NCBI GenBank assembly: GCA_050290185.1
Contig: JBNKHE010000008.1
Coordinates: 1-64,000, forward strand
DNA from: Pontiella sp.
GTDB lineage: Bacteria; Verrucomicrobiota; Kiritimatiellia; Kiritimatiellales; Pontiellaceae
DNA: 64,000 bases
Reading direction: 5' to 3'
This document shows positions 29,068-37,896 of the stretch, in pieces. The position numbers were made by a program, and so were the translations under genes. The notes under the pieces are model-generated. The model searched no databases. It was not told where the DNA came from and was given only the letters and a program-made list of their open reading frames with translations. Position 1 is the first letter of the stretch, and the number at the start of each line of letters is the position of its first letter.

Positions 29068-29409
29068 ATGGCATTACGAGGTATTAGAGGAAGTATTTTT
29101 ATAGTGGTTTTATTCACGTTGCAGGTTTTCGCTTCGGGAAGGATTTCGGATATACGGATCCGTGGGAGCGAGGTCGTCATGGACATTGAAACAACACCGG
29201 GGGTGTACTACCAAATGCAATGTTCCAGCAATCTTGTTGCGGGGACGTGGGAGGATGTCGGGACCATGTTTGCTGCCGTCTCGAACACGACAACCAAGGC
29301 ATTCAGTCAGGATGTTAGCGTCTGCTATCTGCGCGTGATTGAAATGGATGCGACCGCCCCCGCCACGGAGCCACCTCCGCCCCCGCCGCCTCCTCCGCCG
29401 GCTCCCTAG
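29068..29409 (+). CDS. small secreted protein: PVC C-terminal-like domain plus poly-Pro tail
   Basis: AAGGAG RBS, signal peptide, paralogous to 32174..32524. Confidence 0.75.
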   Translation: MALRGIRGSIFIVVLFTLQVFASGRISDIRIRGSEVVMDIETTPGVYYQMQCSSNLVAGTWEDVGTMFAAVSNTTTKAFSQDVSVCYLRVIEMDATAPATEPPPPPPPPPPAP

Positions 29410-29441
29410 GTGTTATCCCGTGGGATGCGAATGTGTTGCCA

Positions 29442-29894
29442 CTAAGAGGAATTTTTGTGGCCCGAGGCCAGGCCGCACATCACATCGGCAGAGATGTCGA
29501 GGTCGGTATGGTCCGGCACATGATGCAGGATGTGGACGCTTTCATAGTGGAACATGCGCCTGTTATCCGGGCTGGAATCGGTTTCGGTGATAAACGTGAT
29601 GTGGAAGTTGGGTGCTTTCTGCTCGGCTTTGCGCAGCGCTTCCGTGACATCGACCCGTATCGTTGCCCGATCGCCTTTGATCTCAGCGGCATCGTTGGGG
29701 ATGGAGAAGGCCCCTGCATAGTTGGCGGTTTGTATCAGCTGCGCAATGCTGTCGCCCGCGATCTCCTCCAGGAAGATATGCGTGGTGAAGGTCTTTCCTT
29801 TTGGTAGAGGGATGCCTTCAATTTCCAGCACACCGTTCAAATCCTTGTCCGGGGCCAGAAACTCCATGGGGCCGTGTAATATTCGCTCAAGCAT
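29442..29894 (-). CDS. hypothetical protein resembling the tyrosinase/polyphenol-oxidase C-terminal (KFDV-type) domain
   Basis: GGGAG RBS; VLEIEGI...HIFL...YAGAFSI...IRVDVTEAL pattern. Confidence 0.55.
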   Translation of the reverse strand: MLERILHGPMEFLAPDKDLNGVLEIEGIPLPKGKTFTTHIFLEEIAGDSIAQLIQTANYAGAFSIPNDAAEIKGDRATIRVDVTEALRKAEQKAPNFHITFITETDSSPDNRRMFHYESVHILHHVPDHTDLDISADVMCGLASGHKNSS

Positions 29895-29993
29895 GGGTGA
29901 TCTCCCTTTCGTTTCAACCGAGGTTTCTCATACCAAATTCCGTTCCACATGGCAGGCTCAATCGCCAGCCATTAACCGTCGATATCTGGAGAA

Positions 29994-30197
29994 TCAAAAA
30001 TCGACAAAACGGGGCAAGGCCATCACTCCGGCGGCAATCAGCAGCATTAACCATAGATGCGGTACGAAATAGGGGAAAATGCAGAGTATGATCCCGGAAA
30101 TCAGTGCCATGGCGTGCATCTGTTTCCGTCCATACACGATATAGCCCATGCCGATGGCCCCAAGCAGCATACTGATCATGATATTCCACGAATCCAT
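29994..30197 (-). CDS. small membrane protein
   Basis: 67 aa, AAGGAG RBS, GAIGMGYIVYGRKQ...IFPYFV pattern of a widespread small membrane family. Confidence 0.75.
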   Translation of the reverse strand: MDSWNIMISMLLGAIGMGYIVYGRKQMHAMALISGIILCIFPYFVPHLWLMLLIAAGVMALPRFVDF

Positions 30198-30341
30198 AGA
30201 GCTCTCCTTTGATTGAGCGGATTGATGGGGTTTCGGCCAAGGCATCATGGTTCCGCTCGAATATAGTGCAAGCATCCAGTCCTTGATTTCATTTGGTTTA
30301 TCGACCTCGGATGCGTAAACTGTTTTTATTTTGGAGGTAGC

Positions 30342-31115
30342 ATGAAAGAGGCCAAGTCCAAGCCGGAAAACCCACTGACAAGTCTGATGGTCAACATTGT
30401 CATCCCCGTCTGCATCCTCACCTTCCTTAGCAAGGAGAAGTATCTCGGCCCCGTCTGGGGGCTGGTGGTGGCGGTGGCTTTTCCCGTGACGCACGGCATC
30501 AAGACCTTGATCCGCGAACGCAAAGCCGATGTGCTGGCCATCATCGGATTGGTCAGTGTTTTGCTCACTGGCATTTTCGGGATCTTCAAGTTGCCGCCGG
30601 AATGGGTGGCCCGCAAGGAGGCCGCCATACCTCTCATCATCGGCCTGATCATTATCGGATCGCTGAAAACGCCGTTCCCATTGATCAAAAAACTGATGTT
30701 GACCGAGTCGCTGTTCGATGTGGAACGCCTGCATCAGGCGCTGCGCGAAAAGGGGAACGAGGAGCGCTTCGAAAAACGGCTGGTCGGCCTGACCTGGGGC
30801 TTTGCTTCGGCGATGTTCCTTTCGTCGATTCTCAGCTATATCCTCGCGAAGATCGTCTTAAAAAGCGACCCAAGCTCCGATGCGTATGCCGCCGAGCTTG
30901 GCAAAATGATGGGGTTGAGCAATACCGTGGTGCTTGTTCCGGTCATGGTGATTATGCTCTTCGTGTTCAATTCGCTGTTCAACACACTCACCAAACTGAC
31001 CGGACTGGAACTCGACGACGTCCTCGCTGCCCACCATCGACAGACGCCTGCGGTCGATCCCGAAGCTGACAGCGGGAACGCTGTCCCTCCATCGGATACC
31101 AATTCCCTCACCTGA
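30342..31115 (+). CDS. VC0807-family (septation protein A-like) membrane protein
   Basis: GGAGG RBS; ENPL..L..NIVIP, LLTG, KEAAIP motifs. Confidence 0.75.
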   Translation: MKEAKSKPENPLTSLMVNIVIPVCILTFLSKEKYLGPVWGLVVAVAFPVTHGIKTLIRERKADVLAIIGLVSVLLTGIFGIFKLPPEWVARKEAAIPLIIGLIIIGSLKTPFPLIKKLMLTESLFDVERLHQALREKGNEERFEKRLVGLTWGFASAMFLSSILSYILAKIVLKSDPSSDAYAAELGKMMGLSNTVVLVPVMVIMLFVFNSLFNTLTKLTGLELDDVLAAHHRQTPAVDPEADSGNAVPPSDTNSLT

Positions 31116-31143
31116 TTTCCCTTGGCGGCATTGCGCGCGGAAT

Positions 31144-31578
31144 TTATTTCCTCTTCCCGAAAATCGCGTCGAGGGAAAGACTGCCGGCGCCGGTGAAGAA
31201 GAGCAGGGCGAAGGCGGTCAGATAGATCAGGGCCGGTTCCCTGGCTGCGCCGCCGCCCATGAACAGGGGATCGCCACCATGAATGATTACTGCTGCGACC
31301 GCCATGGTAAAGACCAGCGGCAGTACGGCGATACGGGTTGCCAATCCAAGCATTACCAAAGCGGAACAGACCACTTCGCAAAAAATCACGCTGACCATGC
31401 TGGCTTCGTTGCCGATGCCGAGCGGATCGGGGAAGGTGGCGGCCTTTTCGCTGAACGAGGTCAGCTTGGCCCAGCCGTGGCCAAACAGCATGAAGCCTCC
31501 GTAGAAAACCCGGAAGAGCAGCAGCCCGACCGAGGGAATAAATGCGCTTACCGGTGTTCCGAAGATCCATTTTTTCAC
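31144..31578 (-). CDS. DoxX family membrane protein
   Basis: GLLLFRV..G..M..HGWAKL, FPDPLGIG, GAGSLSLD. Confidence 0.9.
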   Translation of the reverse strand: MKKWIFGTPVSAFIPSVGLLLFRVFYGGFMLFGHGWAKLTSFSEKAATFPDPLGIGNEASMVSVIFCEVVCSALVMLGLATRIAVLPLVFTMAVAAVIIHGGDPLFMGGGAAREPALIYLTAFALLFFTGAGSLSLDAIFGKRK

Positions 31579-32173
31579 AGGTCACCTCCTCGTGTCTTAT
31601 TCTCGCAGAGCAATAACCCATTCCAGCAAAATGCACAACCCGCAATGATGAGCAGACCGAGTCCCGCGTAGGAGAGGGGGGCGATGAACGGCGCCGTATA
31701 GACCAGGTTGTGCAGTGTCTGCTCGCGGAAGAAGGTGTCGTTGAGGTGGAACAGCATGCCGACGACCTCGACCGGCCGCTTGTGATTGATAATCAGCGCC
31801 CCGGCCATCCGGTAGGTTCGTGGCCTCCGGTCGAGGCGTATTTGCATAGACGGGATCTTATTTTTCGCCTTTTCTAATGTCCTCCGGAAACGGATCCAGA
31901 GCTGGAAAACGGCTGAAAAAACCATCTGCCAATCCCTAATCGAAAACAGGACCGGATTTGGTTGATGCACAAGATCAACGGGTTACTACATCCAGATAAT
32001 ATATCGGAAAGATAATCGGAAAAATAGCAACCTGAAAAGATCTGGCGAGGGATTGTTCGACTCCAAAAAAATCAAAGAATTACATGGCTTAGTTGTTGCT
32101 ACATAGTGAGTTGCGAAAGAGGTGATTTGTCACTTAACAATCAGTGTTTGATCTAATTGGAGCTTGTAGAGTT

Positions 32174-32524
32174 ATGAAGTATTTTTTATTGGCCGGTGTT
32201 GCTGCCTGTTGTCTGACTTCGATGCAGGCTGTCGCTTCGGGGAAGATAATCGGGATGAAAACAACCAGTGAAAGTCTGGAGATCACCATAGAAACCACGG
32301 TTGGGGAAAGCTATCAGGTCCAATGCCGTTCATCGCTTGTGTCCGGGGATTGGAGTGATGTGGGAACAAACTTCGTGGCGGACGTCTCGACGACGCTATA
32401 TTCCGTTGCAACCTCTGAAATGCACTGCTATCTGCGGGTTATCAGGATAAGCAATAACGAGCCCTCCGCCGTTCCTCCGCCCCCTCCGCCCCCTCCGCCC
32501 CCTCCGCCGCCCTCGAATATATAG
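32174..32524 (+). CDS. small secreted protein: PVC C-terminal-like domain plus poly-Pro tail
   Basis: signal peptide ending QAVA; paralog of 29068..29409; 13 consecutive Pro. Confidence 0.75.
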   Translation: MKYFLLAGVAACCLTSMQAVASGKIIGMKTTSESLEITIETTVGESYQVQCRSSLVSGDWSDVGTNFVADVSTTLYSVATSEMHCYLRVIRISNNEPSAVPPPPPPPPPPPPPSNI

Positions 32525-32608
32525 GGCGTGGTCTGTCCGAGATCCGCCAGGTCTCCATAGCCTTGGTGTGGGTGGCTTTTTAGGTTCGGCACGGTCTTGG
32601 CCCGCACC

Positions 32609-33019
32609 CTACACCGAATGAAGAGCCTCTTTAACCACGGAATCCAGAATGACGATTCCTTTTGGCGTCAGGAGCCAAATCGAGGCTGCTGTATTGCACA
32701 CAACCGTAATCCAGAATACAAAGCGGAACTTTTGCTTCTTCGTTTTGTGCCGCAGAGTTTGCTGCGCCACCAGCGCACCCGGCCATCCGCCCATCAAGGC
32801 GAGCAGATGCAGGTGGACTTCCGGTATTCGCCAACCCTCTTTACGGGCGGCTCGCTTATCGATTGCGTAGAAAATAAACGTCACGAGACTCGCAATGCAA
32901 TAGACCGCAACAATCAGGAATGATCGCTTGATGATCCATCCGGAAACGCCGGTTGCCGCGAGAAATAAGCCGGCGATGGTGATTGCTCGAAGTACTGCTC
33001 CCGGGTTCTTCATCTTCAC
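32609..33019 (-). CDS. DUF1294 family membrane protein
   Basis: YAIDKRAA...WRIPE..LHLLAL.GGWPGAL.AQQ.LRHKT.K. Confidence 0.9.
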   Translation of the reverse strand: MKMKNPGAVLRAITIAGLFLAATGVSGWIIKRSFLIVAVYCIASLVTFIFYAIDKRAARKEGWRIPEVHLHLLALMGGWPGALVAQQTLRHKTKKQKFRFVFWITVVCNTAASIWLLTPKGIVILDSVVKEALHSV

Positions 33020-33175
33020 CGTTTACTCTCCAAAAAAAAGATTAATCAAGCGCACCATGAGTTACTGCCTTCGATAGCAAATAGGAAATGATGGTGCAGG
33101 GTCACGACGGCCTCCCGCCATACGCATGAAATCATATGACAGCCCTCTGTCCCGGGTCATGGCGTTGGGGAGATC

Positions 33176-33559
33176 CTATACGTTGATTTTATAATTGAGT
33201 CTAGCCTCGTCACCCGTAATGCCGCGAAATCCCCAGCAATGTGCGGGTTGTTCCTTAATGGTGATTTCAACATCAACGGGCGTGATGCCCACGTGCTTCT
33301 CGATTTGCTCGAACAGCATTTTAATCAGGGCCTTCTTCGTTTCCTTTTCACGACCCTCAATCATATTGATTTCAATGACGGTGTAGGCATCGCTGCGCCC
33401 GCCCGGATAATAGAAGTTTTCCTTCTCCATCGGGAAGAACCGGTGCGCCCGTTTGTCCTCCGGCATACCAAGGGCCGACTGCATGCAGTCATGGATGACA
33501 TCGGACAATCGGGCTTTTATCGGATCCAGTTTTTCTTTGATGCCATAAACCAAAATCAT
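33176..33559 (-). CDS. tautomerase-family protein (copy 1)
   Basis: PEDKRAHRF, GRSDAYTVIEI, GREKETKKALI, CWGFRG. Confidence 0.85.
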   Translation of the reverse strand: MILVYGIKEKLDPIKARLSDVIHDCMQSALGMPEDKRAHRFFPMEKENFYYPGGRSDAYTVIEINMIEGREKETKKALIKMLFEQIEKHVGITPVDVEITIKEQPAHCWGFRGITGDEARLNYKINV

Positions 33560-33755
33560 GATTCATCTCCGGTGTATTGCTGTGGTTCGGTCAAGAGGAG
33601 TGAATAACATGCCTGAAAATCAGGGCCTGCTTCAATCACTCGGTTATGGAAAACTGGATGCAAAGCATCCTTTTTTCTGCATTTTGAGCAATTTCGGTCA
33701 GGACGAAGAATTTTCGCCGCGATAGGATATTTGCCGAATTGAGAAGGAATTGGCC

Positions 33756-34619
33756 GTGAATGATCTGACGTTAAAAAACTACGCGAAGCGTTTCGAGCGG
33801 GTGTTCGCTTATATCGAGCAACATTTGGACGAATCGTTGAGCGTTGAGGAATTGAGCAAGGTGGCGCATTTTTCGAAGTTCCATTTCCATCGGCAGTTTT
33901 CCCAATATGTCGGTCTTGGTGTGGCGGCCTACGTGCGCTTGCTGCGCCTTCGCAGAGCTTCCTACCGGCTGGCTTTCGGGTGCGAGCGGGTCATCGACAT
34001 TGCCTTGGAGGCGGGGTTCGAGAGCCCGGAAGCGTTTTCCCGAGCCTTTCGTCAGGCCTTTGGCCAATCCCCATCTCAGTTCCGAACGTCACCCCAATGG
34101 CAGCCGTGGGCCGAGCGTGTTCGCCTGCCTCCAAGAGAAAGGAATAAGGAAATGAACGTAACGATTGTAGATTTCGCTGAAACCCAGATCGCGGTGCTTG
34201 AACACCGCGGCGCACCGACGCTGGTTAACGACTCGGTGCAGACATTTATCGAGTGGCGCCAAGCGAGCGGCCTGTCACCGGTCAAGACGAGCCGGACGTT
34301 CGGTGTTGTCTATGATGATCCTAAGACCACTCCGGCGGAGGAATTCCGTTTCGACATCTGCGGCGAGGTGGTCGGCCCTGTTCCGGATAACGAGCAGGGT
34401 GTGGGAAACGGGCTGATTCCTGGCGGCCGATGTGCGGTGGTGCGTCATTGCGGCAGCCACGAACGGCTCGTCGAAAGCATTTATCCGCTTTATCGTGAGT
34501 GGTTGCCGCAAAGCGGCGAGGAGTTGCGTGATTTCCCGCTTTTTTTCCACTACCTCAACCTGTTGCCGGATACGGCCGAGCATGAACTGCTGACCGACCT
34601 CTACCTGCCGCTGAAATAA
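33756..34619 (+). CDS. AraC family regulator with GyrI-like effector domain
   Basis: FSKFHFHRQF, IALEAGFESPEAFSRAF, YDDP..T....FRFDIC; the GTG start is conserved in the duplicate copy. Confidence 0.92.
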   Translation: MNDLTLKNYAKRFERVFAYIEQHLDESLSVEELSKVAHFSKFHFHRQFSQYVGLGVAAYVRLLRLRRASYRLAFGCERVIDIALEAGFESPEAFSRAFRQAFGQSPSQFRTSPQWQPWAERVRLPPRERNKEMNVTIVDFAETQIAVLEHRGAPTLVNDSVQTFIEWRQASGLSPVKTSRTFGVVYDDPKTTPAEEFRFDICGEVVGPVPDNEQGVGNGLIPGGRCAVVRHCGSHERLVESIYPLYREWLPQSGEELRDFPLFFHYLNLLPDTAEHELLTDLYLPLK

Positions 34620-34729
34620 TTCGTCTACGGGGCGCGGTAGCATTCTTTTTATGCAGAAGATGTAGACGAGGCCGTGGGTTTCGGGATCGTCTATACCCCG
34701 GACATCCGGCCTTTATTATGCTGAGGGGT

Positions 34730-35575
34730 TTAACCGATTTCGAACGAACAAATCCCGAATATCCGTTGCAATGGAAGCCGGGGTTCGTCGCCCGTATACA
34801 TGCGGGCCGTTTCAAACACGATCTCCATGCCGTGTCGTTTGGTGAGTTCCAGGGCGGCGGCATTTGGCTCTGGCACATCGAGATAAATGGAATCGGTTTC
34901 CTTCACCGTTGATATGAGTGCCTGGAAAAGCGACTCCGCCAACTCGGCGGAGTCCGCATAGAGCGGGCCTATCTTGTGGCCTTTCCGACAGGCGCGGATC
35001 ACGCCGTAACCCGAGAGCCGGCCCGCGTCCATTATGCCCAATGCCGTACTGTTCGGCTGGCTGATCCATGCTTTCAGAAAGGCGTCGCGGGGCGCGGGGA
35101 AAAACGGCCGTTCGTAGGCGGCAAGGATTTCAAACGGCAGCGTCGACAGCTCGACGGTATCCGCCTTGGAGGAGGATTCCCCACCGCCTTTGCCTTCGTA
35201 GCGAACATTACGATAGGCCAGCTTGAAACCGGATTTTTTGTAATTTTCCTGCTGCTCGACGACGCCGTCCAATCCAATGTTCCGGCCCTCAAGCCGCTGG
35301 AGGGCTGCCTGGGCGATTTGGAGTCCAAAGCCTTGGCCGCGATAGGCGGGCTTGACGATGTAGAAACCAGCGAAGCCGAAGCGATCACCGTATCGGGTCG
35401 ATGAAACCATGGCAACCGGTTCGCCGTCGAGCAACCCGATCAGAAAGCCGCCCGGGTCGGCCAGGTGATAGCATGCCGCATCGTGCAGTCCCGGATTCCA
35501 GCCCTCTTTTGCCGCCCATTCCACGGCAAGATCGATCTCCTCACGCGTCGCGGTTCGTATGATGTAATCCTTCAT
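34730..35575 (-). CDS. GNAT family acetyltransferase
   Basis: WAAKEGWNPG, YRGQGFG, KIGPLYAD, FETARMY; AGGAGG upstream. Confidence 0.9.
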   Translation of the reverse strand: MKDYIIRTATREEIDLAVEWAAKEGWNPGLHDAACYHLADPGGFLIGLLDGEPVAMVSSTRYGDRFGFAGFYIVKPAYRGQGFGLQIAQAALQRLEGRNIGLDGVVEQQENYKKSGFKLAYRNVRYEGKGGGESSSKADTVELSTLPFEILAAYERPFFPAPRDAFLKAWISQPNSTALGIMDAGRLSGYGVIRACRKGHKIGPLYADSAELAESLFQALISTVKETDSIYLDVPEPNAAALELTKRHGMEIVFETARMYTGDEPRLPLQRIFGICSFEIG

Positions 35576-35759
35576 GAGATGCCTCCATCGTCGTGGACCA
35601 ACTTTATGGTCAGGAGGCGGCAACGGGCAACCTGCTTTCAAAGATAATCGCAAAATCACTGAAACCCGGAACGGCTCATGCTATCAATGGGCCTGTTTCC
35701 TTCGGTGCCTCTGTTTAAAAGGGATGACGGGGATGCGACCGGAATTAGAGAGGATGTTT

Positions 35760-36311
35760 ATGAGTACCAGAAGAGATATGGCGATCGCCCTGCTTGGACT
35801 ACCGCTGGTGGCCAAGGCCGTGCTGCCGGAGACGAACGTTCCGTCGGTTTTGCAACCTGATCCGGAATTGAGCCCGGAGAAAAAAACAGAGAAGAAGCCG
35901 GTGCCGCCGCCCCGCAGTGTGCATGCGGCAAACATTATCAGCTACACGCTGTATGCCGAAGCCAGGGGAGAGTCGTTTGAGGGAATGATGGCGGTGGCCT
36001 CGGTGATCAAGACCCGCGCGACACGTTCAAAGATCTCGTTGGCCGAAGTTTGTCTGCAGGATAAGCAGTTTTCCTGTTGGAATGGATTGAAGGCCGTACC
36101 GGAGTTCTTCATTTCGGGAGAGAGGATTGAGCCCGACGACCTGCAAGCCCGCAGCAAATGCTTCGGCATCGCCTGGGTCCTGATGGTGAGCAAGAGGAAA
36201 TGGGATCACCTGACCCACTTCTACAATCCCGACAAGGCCACGCCAGGCTGGGCCTACGATCTTCGGGGTGTCCGCACCATCGGCAAGCATGTCTTTGGCT
36301 ATCTCGACTAG
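35760..36311 (+). CDS. cell wall hydrolase (SleB/Hydrolase_2 family)
   Basis: YAEARGE, QFSCWN, HFYNP, IGKHVF; N-terminal STRRD twin-arginine-like signal. Confidence 0.85.
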   Translation: MSTRRDMAIALLGLPLVAKAVLPETNVPSVLQPDPELSPEKKTEKKPVPPPRSVHAANIISYTLYAEARGESFEGMMAVASVIKTRATRSKISLAEVCLQDKQFSCWNGLKAVPEFFISGERIEPDDLQARSKCFGIAWVLMVSKRKWDHLTHFYNPDKATPGWAYDLRGVRTIGKHVFGYLD

Positions 36312-36459
36312 TGCTGGTCCGAGTCGGCTAACAGCCAACCCAAAGCTTCGTCCAGATTATTAAAGCCGCGCATCGGCTGGCCTCGACCTTGCGCAATGGT
36401 TTCGAAAAGAGCCTGCAGTTTTGTTGTGCCGATTGAACAAATAACCTTCTTTATCGGGC

Positions 36460-36867
36460 TCAATCCCGCGGAGGCATAGTTTCGAAGCAGGGGAGGTTTT
36501 CTGGAAGCCAGTTCTTGTGATCGCGCCAGTAGACGTTGATGCTGGGTGAAAATTCGAACTCGCTGTCGATGGTGCCGGCACGAAGGTAGAGCACGCCCGG
36601 CGTCACTTCGCCTCTGGCGAACAGCAGTGTACCGCAGTTTGTGCAGAAGTGGCGGTGGATGGGCTGGCCGCTGTCGCCGACGTCAGAATAGGAGCCGAGC
36701 GTTTCGCCGGCAACATTCAGGGGTTCGGGAATCCCGATGATGGCCGAGAACATGGAGCCACTGGTTTTCTTGCACGACTTGCAGTGGCAGTTCGCCATAA
36801 AGATCGGTTCGGCGGATGTGCTGTATTTAATGCTTCCGCATAGGCAGGAGCCGGTGATTTCTGGCAT
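36460..36867 (-). CDS. GFA/CENP-V family protein
   Basis: GSCLCG, CHCKSCKK, RHFCTNCG zinc motifs. Confidence 0.9.
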   Translation of the reverse strand: MPEITGSCLCGSIKYSTSAEPIFMANCHCKSCKKTSGSMFSAIIGIPEPLNVAGETLGSYSDVGDSGQPIHRHFCTNCGTLLFARGEVTPGVLYLRAGTIDSEFEFSPSINVYWRDHKNWLPENLPCFETMPPRD

Positions 36868-36924
36868 GGCGTTTTCCTTTCCGGATTGTGGATTTGTTGA
36901 TTTCTGTCGGACCCCAATTTAGGT

Positions 36925-37308
36925 CTATACGTTGATTTTATAATCGAGTTTGGCTTCGTCGCCCGTAATGCCTCGGAATCCCCAGCAATGCGCCGGCTGT
37001 TCCTTAATGGTGATTTCAACATCAACGGGCGTGATGCCCACGTGTTTCTCGATTTGCTCGAACAGCATTTTAATCAGGGCCTTCTTCGTTTCCTTTTCAC
37101 GACCCGCCATCATGTTGATTTCTATGATCGTGTAGGCGTCGCTGCGGCCGCCCGGATAGTAGAAATTTTCTGGATCCATCGGGAAAAACCGGTGTGCGCG
37201 CTTGTCTTCCGGCATGCCGAGAACCGATTGCATGCAACCGTGGATAACATCGGACAAACGGCCCTTGATCGGGTTCAGGGTTTCCTTGATTCCGTAAACT
37301 ACAATCAT
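36925..37308 (-). CDS. tautomerase-family protein (copy 2)
   Basis: 127 aa, near-identical to 33176..33559. Confidence 0.85.
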   Translation of the reverse strand: MIVVYGIKETLNPIKGRLSDVIHGCMQSVLGMPEDKRAHRFFPMDPENFYYPGGRSDAYTIIEINMMAGREKETKKALIKMLFEQIEKHVGITPVDVEITIKEQPAHCWGFRGITGDEAKLDYKINV

Positions 37309-37523
37309 CTTCATCCTCAGTTTGGTGGAAGGCCCGCTTCCAACCTTATCCATTCGCTCTGTGCTGTAAGGTATCAGGTTGGATTCTGGATTCCAGCCCG
37401 ATCCTATGCGGATTCCATGAGCAAGGACGGGCTGCTCTTGTTCCCCGTGTTTTGAGCAATTTCGGTCAGGACGGGCACGCGCCGGCGGGATAGGATGTTT
37501 GCCGAATGGAGAAGGAATCGGCC

Positions 37524-37828
37524 GTGAATGATTTGACGTTGAAAAACTACGCGAAGCGCTTCGAACGCGTCTTCGCATATATCGAGCAACATTTGGACGA
37601 ATCGTTGAGCGTCAAGGAATTGAGCCGGGTGGCCCATTTTCAAAGTTCAACTTCCATCGTCAGTTTTTTCCAGTATGTCGGGCTCGGTGTGGCGGCCTAC
37701 GTGCCTACGGAGAGCCTCCTATCGGCTGGCTTTCGGTCGCGACCGGGTCATCGATATTGCCTTGGAGGCGGGCTTCGATAGTCCCGAAGCGTTTGCCCGC
37801 GCCTTTCGCCAGGCCTTCGGTCAATCCC
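37524..37828 (+). pseudogene. frameshifted, truncated copy of the AraC regulator
   Basis: collinear with 33756..34070 but with -1/+1 indels near 37640-37670, a deletion near 37705, and loss of the GyrI domain. Confidence 0.88.
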
Positions 37829-37867
37829 TGATCGCGTTAGCAAAAGTTATTACGGGCTAATGCCAAT

Positions 37868-37892
37868 AAGGGCTGGGGAAACCCAGCCCTTT
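37868..37892 (-). terminator. terminator of the malic enzyme gene
   Basis: AAGGGCTGGG-GAAA-CCCAGCCCTT hairpin just past the stop codon. Confidence 0.75.
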
Positions 37893-37896
37893 GATC

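Noticed and set aside
32474..32512. CCTCCGCCC tandem repeat as a non-coding VNTR
   Set aside because: Explained by the poly-Pro codons of the 32174..32524 CDS
37309..37578. N-terminal extension making the second tautomerase 217 aa
   Set aside because: Paralog alignment supports a 127-aa protein; the extension overlaps the promoter and the AraC pseudogene
26569..37860. Integrative element or prophage at tRNA-His
   Set aside because: No integrase, transposase or phage gene, and I could not find a repeat of the tRNA 3' end
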